Shown here piece after piece: positions 62,575 to 64,000 of a stretch of DNA of 64,000 nucleotides. The DNA comes from Eledone cirrhosa (lineage: Eukaryota). The stretch spans positions 393,576,001-393,640,000 of the forward strand of contig OZ024741.1 in NCBI GenBank assembly GCA_964016885.1, written 5' to 3'. The position numbers and the translations under genes are program-made. Every line of letters starts with the position of its first letter. Position 1 is the first letter of the stretch. The notes beneath the pieces were generated by a model. It was not told the origin of the DNA and made no database searches. It saw nothing but the letters and a program-made list of their open reading frames with translations.

Positions 62575-62578
<4 letters not shown>
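61925..62578 (+). mobile_element. RTE 3' end
   Basis: IDGSYGVGRPRKTW, homologous to 3690-4220; GAT tail. Confidence 0.85.
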
Positions 62579-62624
<46 letters not shown>

Positions 62625-63359
62625 TACTAATAAGATTAGAAGATGTCTATTTTTATGGCATGTGAGACATGTGTGGGATAAAAAATGAAAACTACAGCTC
62701 ACACCTATGCAGGTTTAGCTGGCTTCCCACAAAGTTTTGCGGGTGTTTTAACCATAAGGGCTCCAGTCCTATCCCAGAGAGCAATGTGAAATGAGATGTC
62801 TTGTTTGAGAACATAAAGCACTGCCTGGTCCACAGATTGAATCCCCAACTTTGTGATCATGGTTCCAACACCAAGAGTACCAAACCACATGACTCCACAT
62901 TATTGTTATTACACCAAGGTCGATAAACTAAAGTACCAGTAATGCACTGGGTAATTACTGGCCTTGTGCGAAATGTAGAAACAATTCTTGTTATTACACC
63001 GACAAACAATCCTTCAATACTTTACCACCTTAAACTTAACACACAAACACAACACATAACATAAATAGAACTCAGCATGAAGCAAGTAAAAGAAGACATA
63101 CCAAAGGAATTAAACCACACAAACTAAAAACTGATAAACATTTGTATCAAACAGAAATCACAAAACAATAAAAAAAAATCCCTATACAATGCATTAATAT
63201 ATCAAACAGTGGCTAAAACACACCACATAATGCTTTCTAATTTAGGAACATGGGCAGTAATTTGTGATGAGGGGAAAGTCAATTATATTGCCCCCAGTAC
63301 TTAATTTGTACTTTCTCTGCCAATGGTTTTGTCTATCTTTAACCCTCTCTCACCATATA

Positions 63360-64000
63360 TATCATCATCTCCGTTTAATGTCTATTTTTCCATGCTGGCA
63401 TGGGTTAGATGAGTTATCCTATTGTGGGAAATGCCAGGTCAGGTGACCATGTCTTGCTCATACAGAACCAATTTTGGCTTAGTTTCTACAGCTGGATGCC
63501 CTTCCTAGTGCCAACCTCATGTGCAGTGAGCACTGGGGGATTTTTATCACGACGCCTACACAACCACTTTACAGTGTGGACTGGGTGCATTTTACCGTGA
63601 TGCCTACACGACCACTTTACAGTGTGGACTGGAGACATCACTGGATGTATGCTTCAGCCTGTCCCCATGGGAATGGATGGGGTGGGATGGTACATACTAT
63701 ACATAGGCTTCAGTCTTGGCCTGTGCCCATGTGAAGTCTCGTCTTCTGTAATACTGCAGAGGTCTTGGTCCTGTGTCATCACCTTTGAGAATTGCAACTG
63801 GGCAAGGTCAGGTTTTATCACTTCATACCAAGTCTTCCTGGGTCTCCCCACTCCAAGGCTTCCATCTACTTTGAGCACTCTGCACCTTTTTATGCAGCTG
63901 CTATCTTTCATATGAATCACATGTCCATACCAATGCAATCTCCTCTCTTGAACACTGCATCTGATTCGTTTTATGCCTAGCTTCTATCTCAGTACGTTTA
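63360..64000 (-). mobile_element. RTE 3' end, continuing beyond the window
   Basis: WYGHVIHM...GVGRPRKTW; tail at about 63360. Confidence 0.85.

Overview
AT-rich, microsatellite-laden animal genomic DNA. The repeat families suggest an octopod cephalopod, but that is inference. The only host gene found is a minus-strand K+-dependent Na+/Ca2+ exchanger (SLC24/NCKX, NCKX3/4/5-like). Four in-phase GT-AG exons (50305-50456, 22982-23066, 19821-19924, 10360-10434) encode its N-terminal TM cluster and alpha-1 repeat, so most or all of the window is intronic. The introns hold decayed non-LTR retrotransposons: many RTE LINEs and tails, one CRE-clade, one R4/Dong-like in a (CATA)n tract, one L1/Tx1-like, three Penelope-like GIY-YIG elements, and tRNA-derived SINEs. 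The most notable unannotated signal is about ten type I hammerhead-ribozyme motifs from at least six sequence families. Most sit in short or Penelope-derived elements anchored in (TA)n tracts that carry an inverted copy of part of themselves (foldbacks). A 5.6-kb cluster at 56.2-61.8 kb holds five of them. Repeat boundaries are read by eye and approximate, and no ribozyme activity has been tested.
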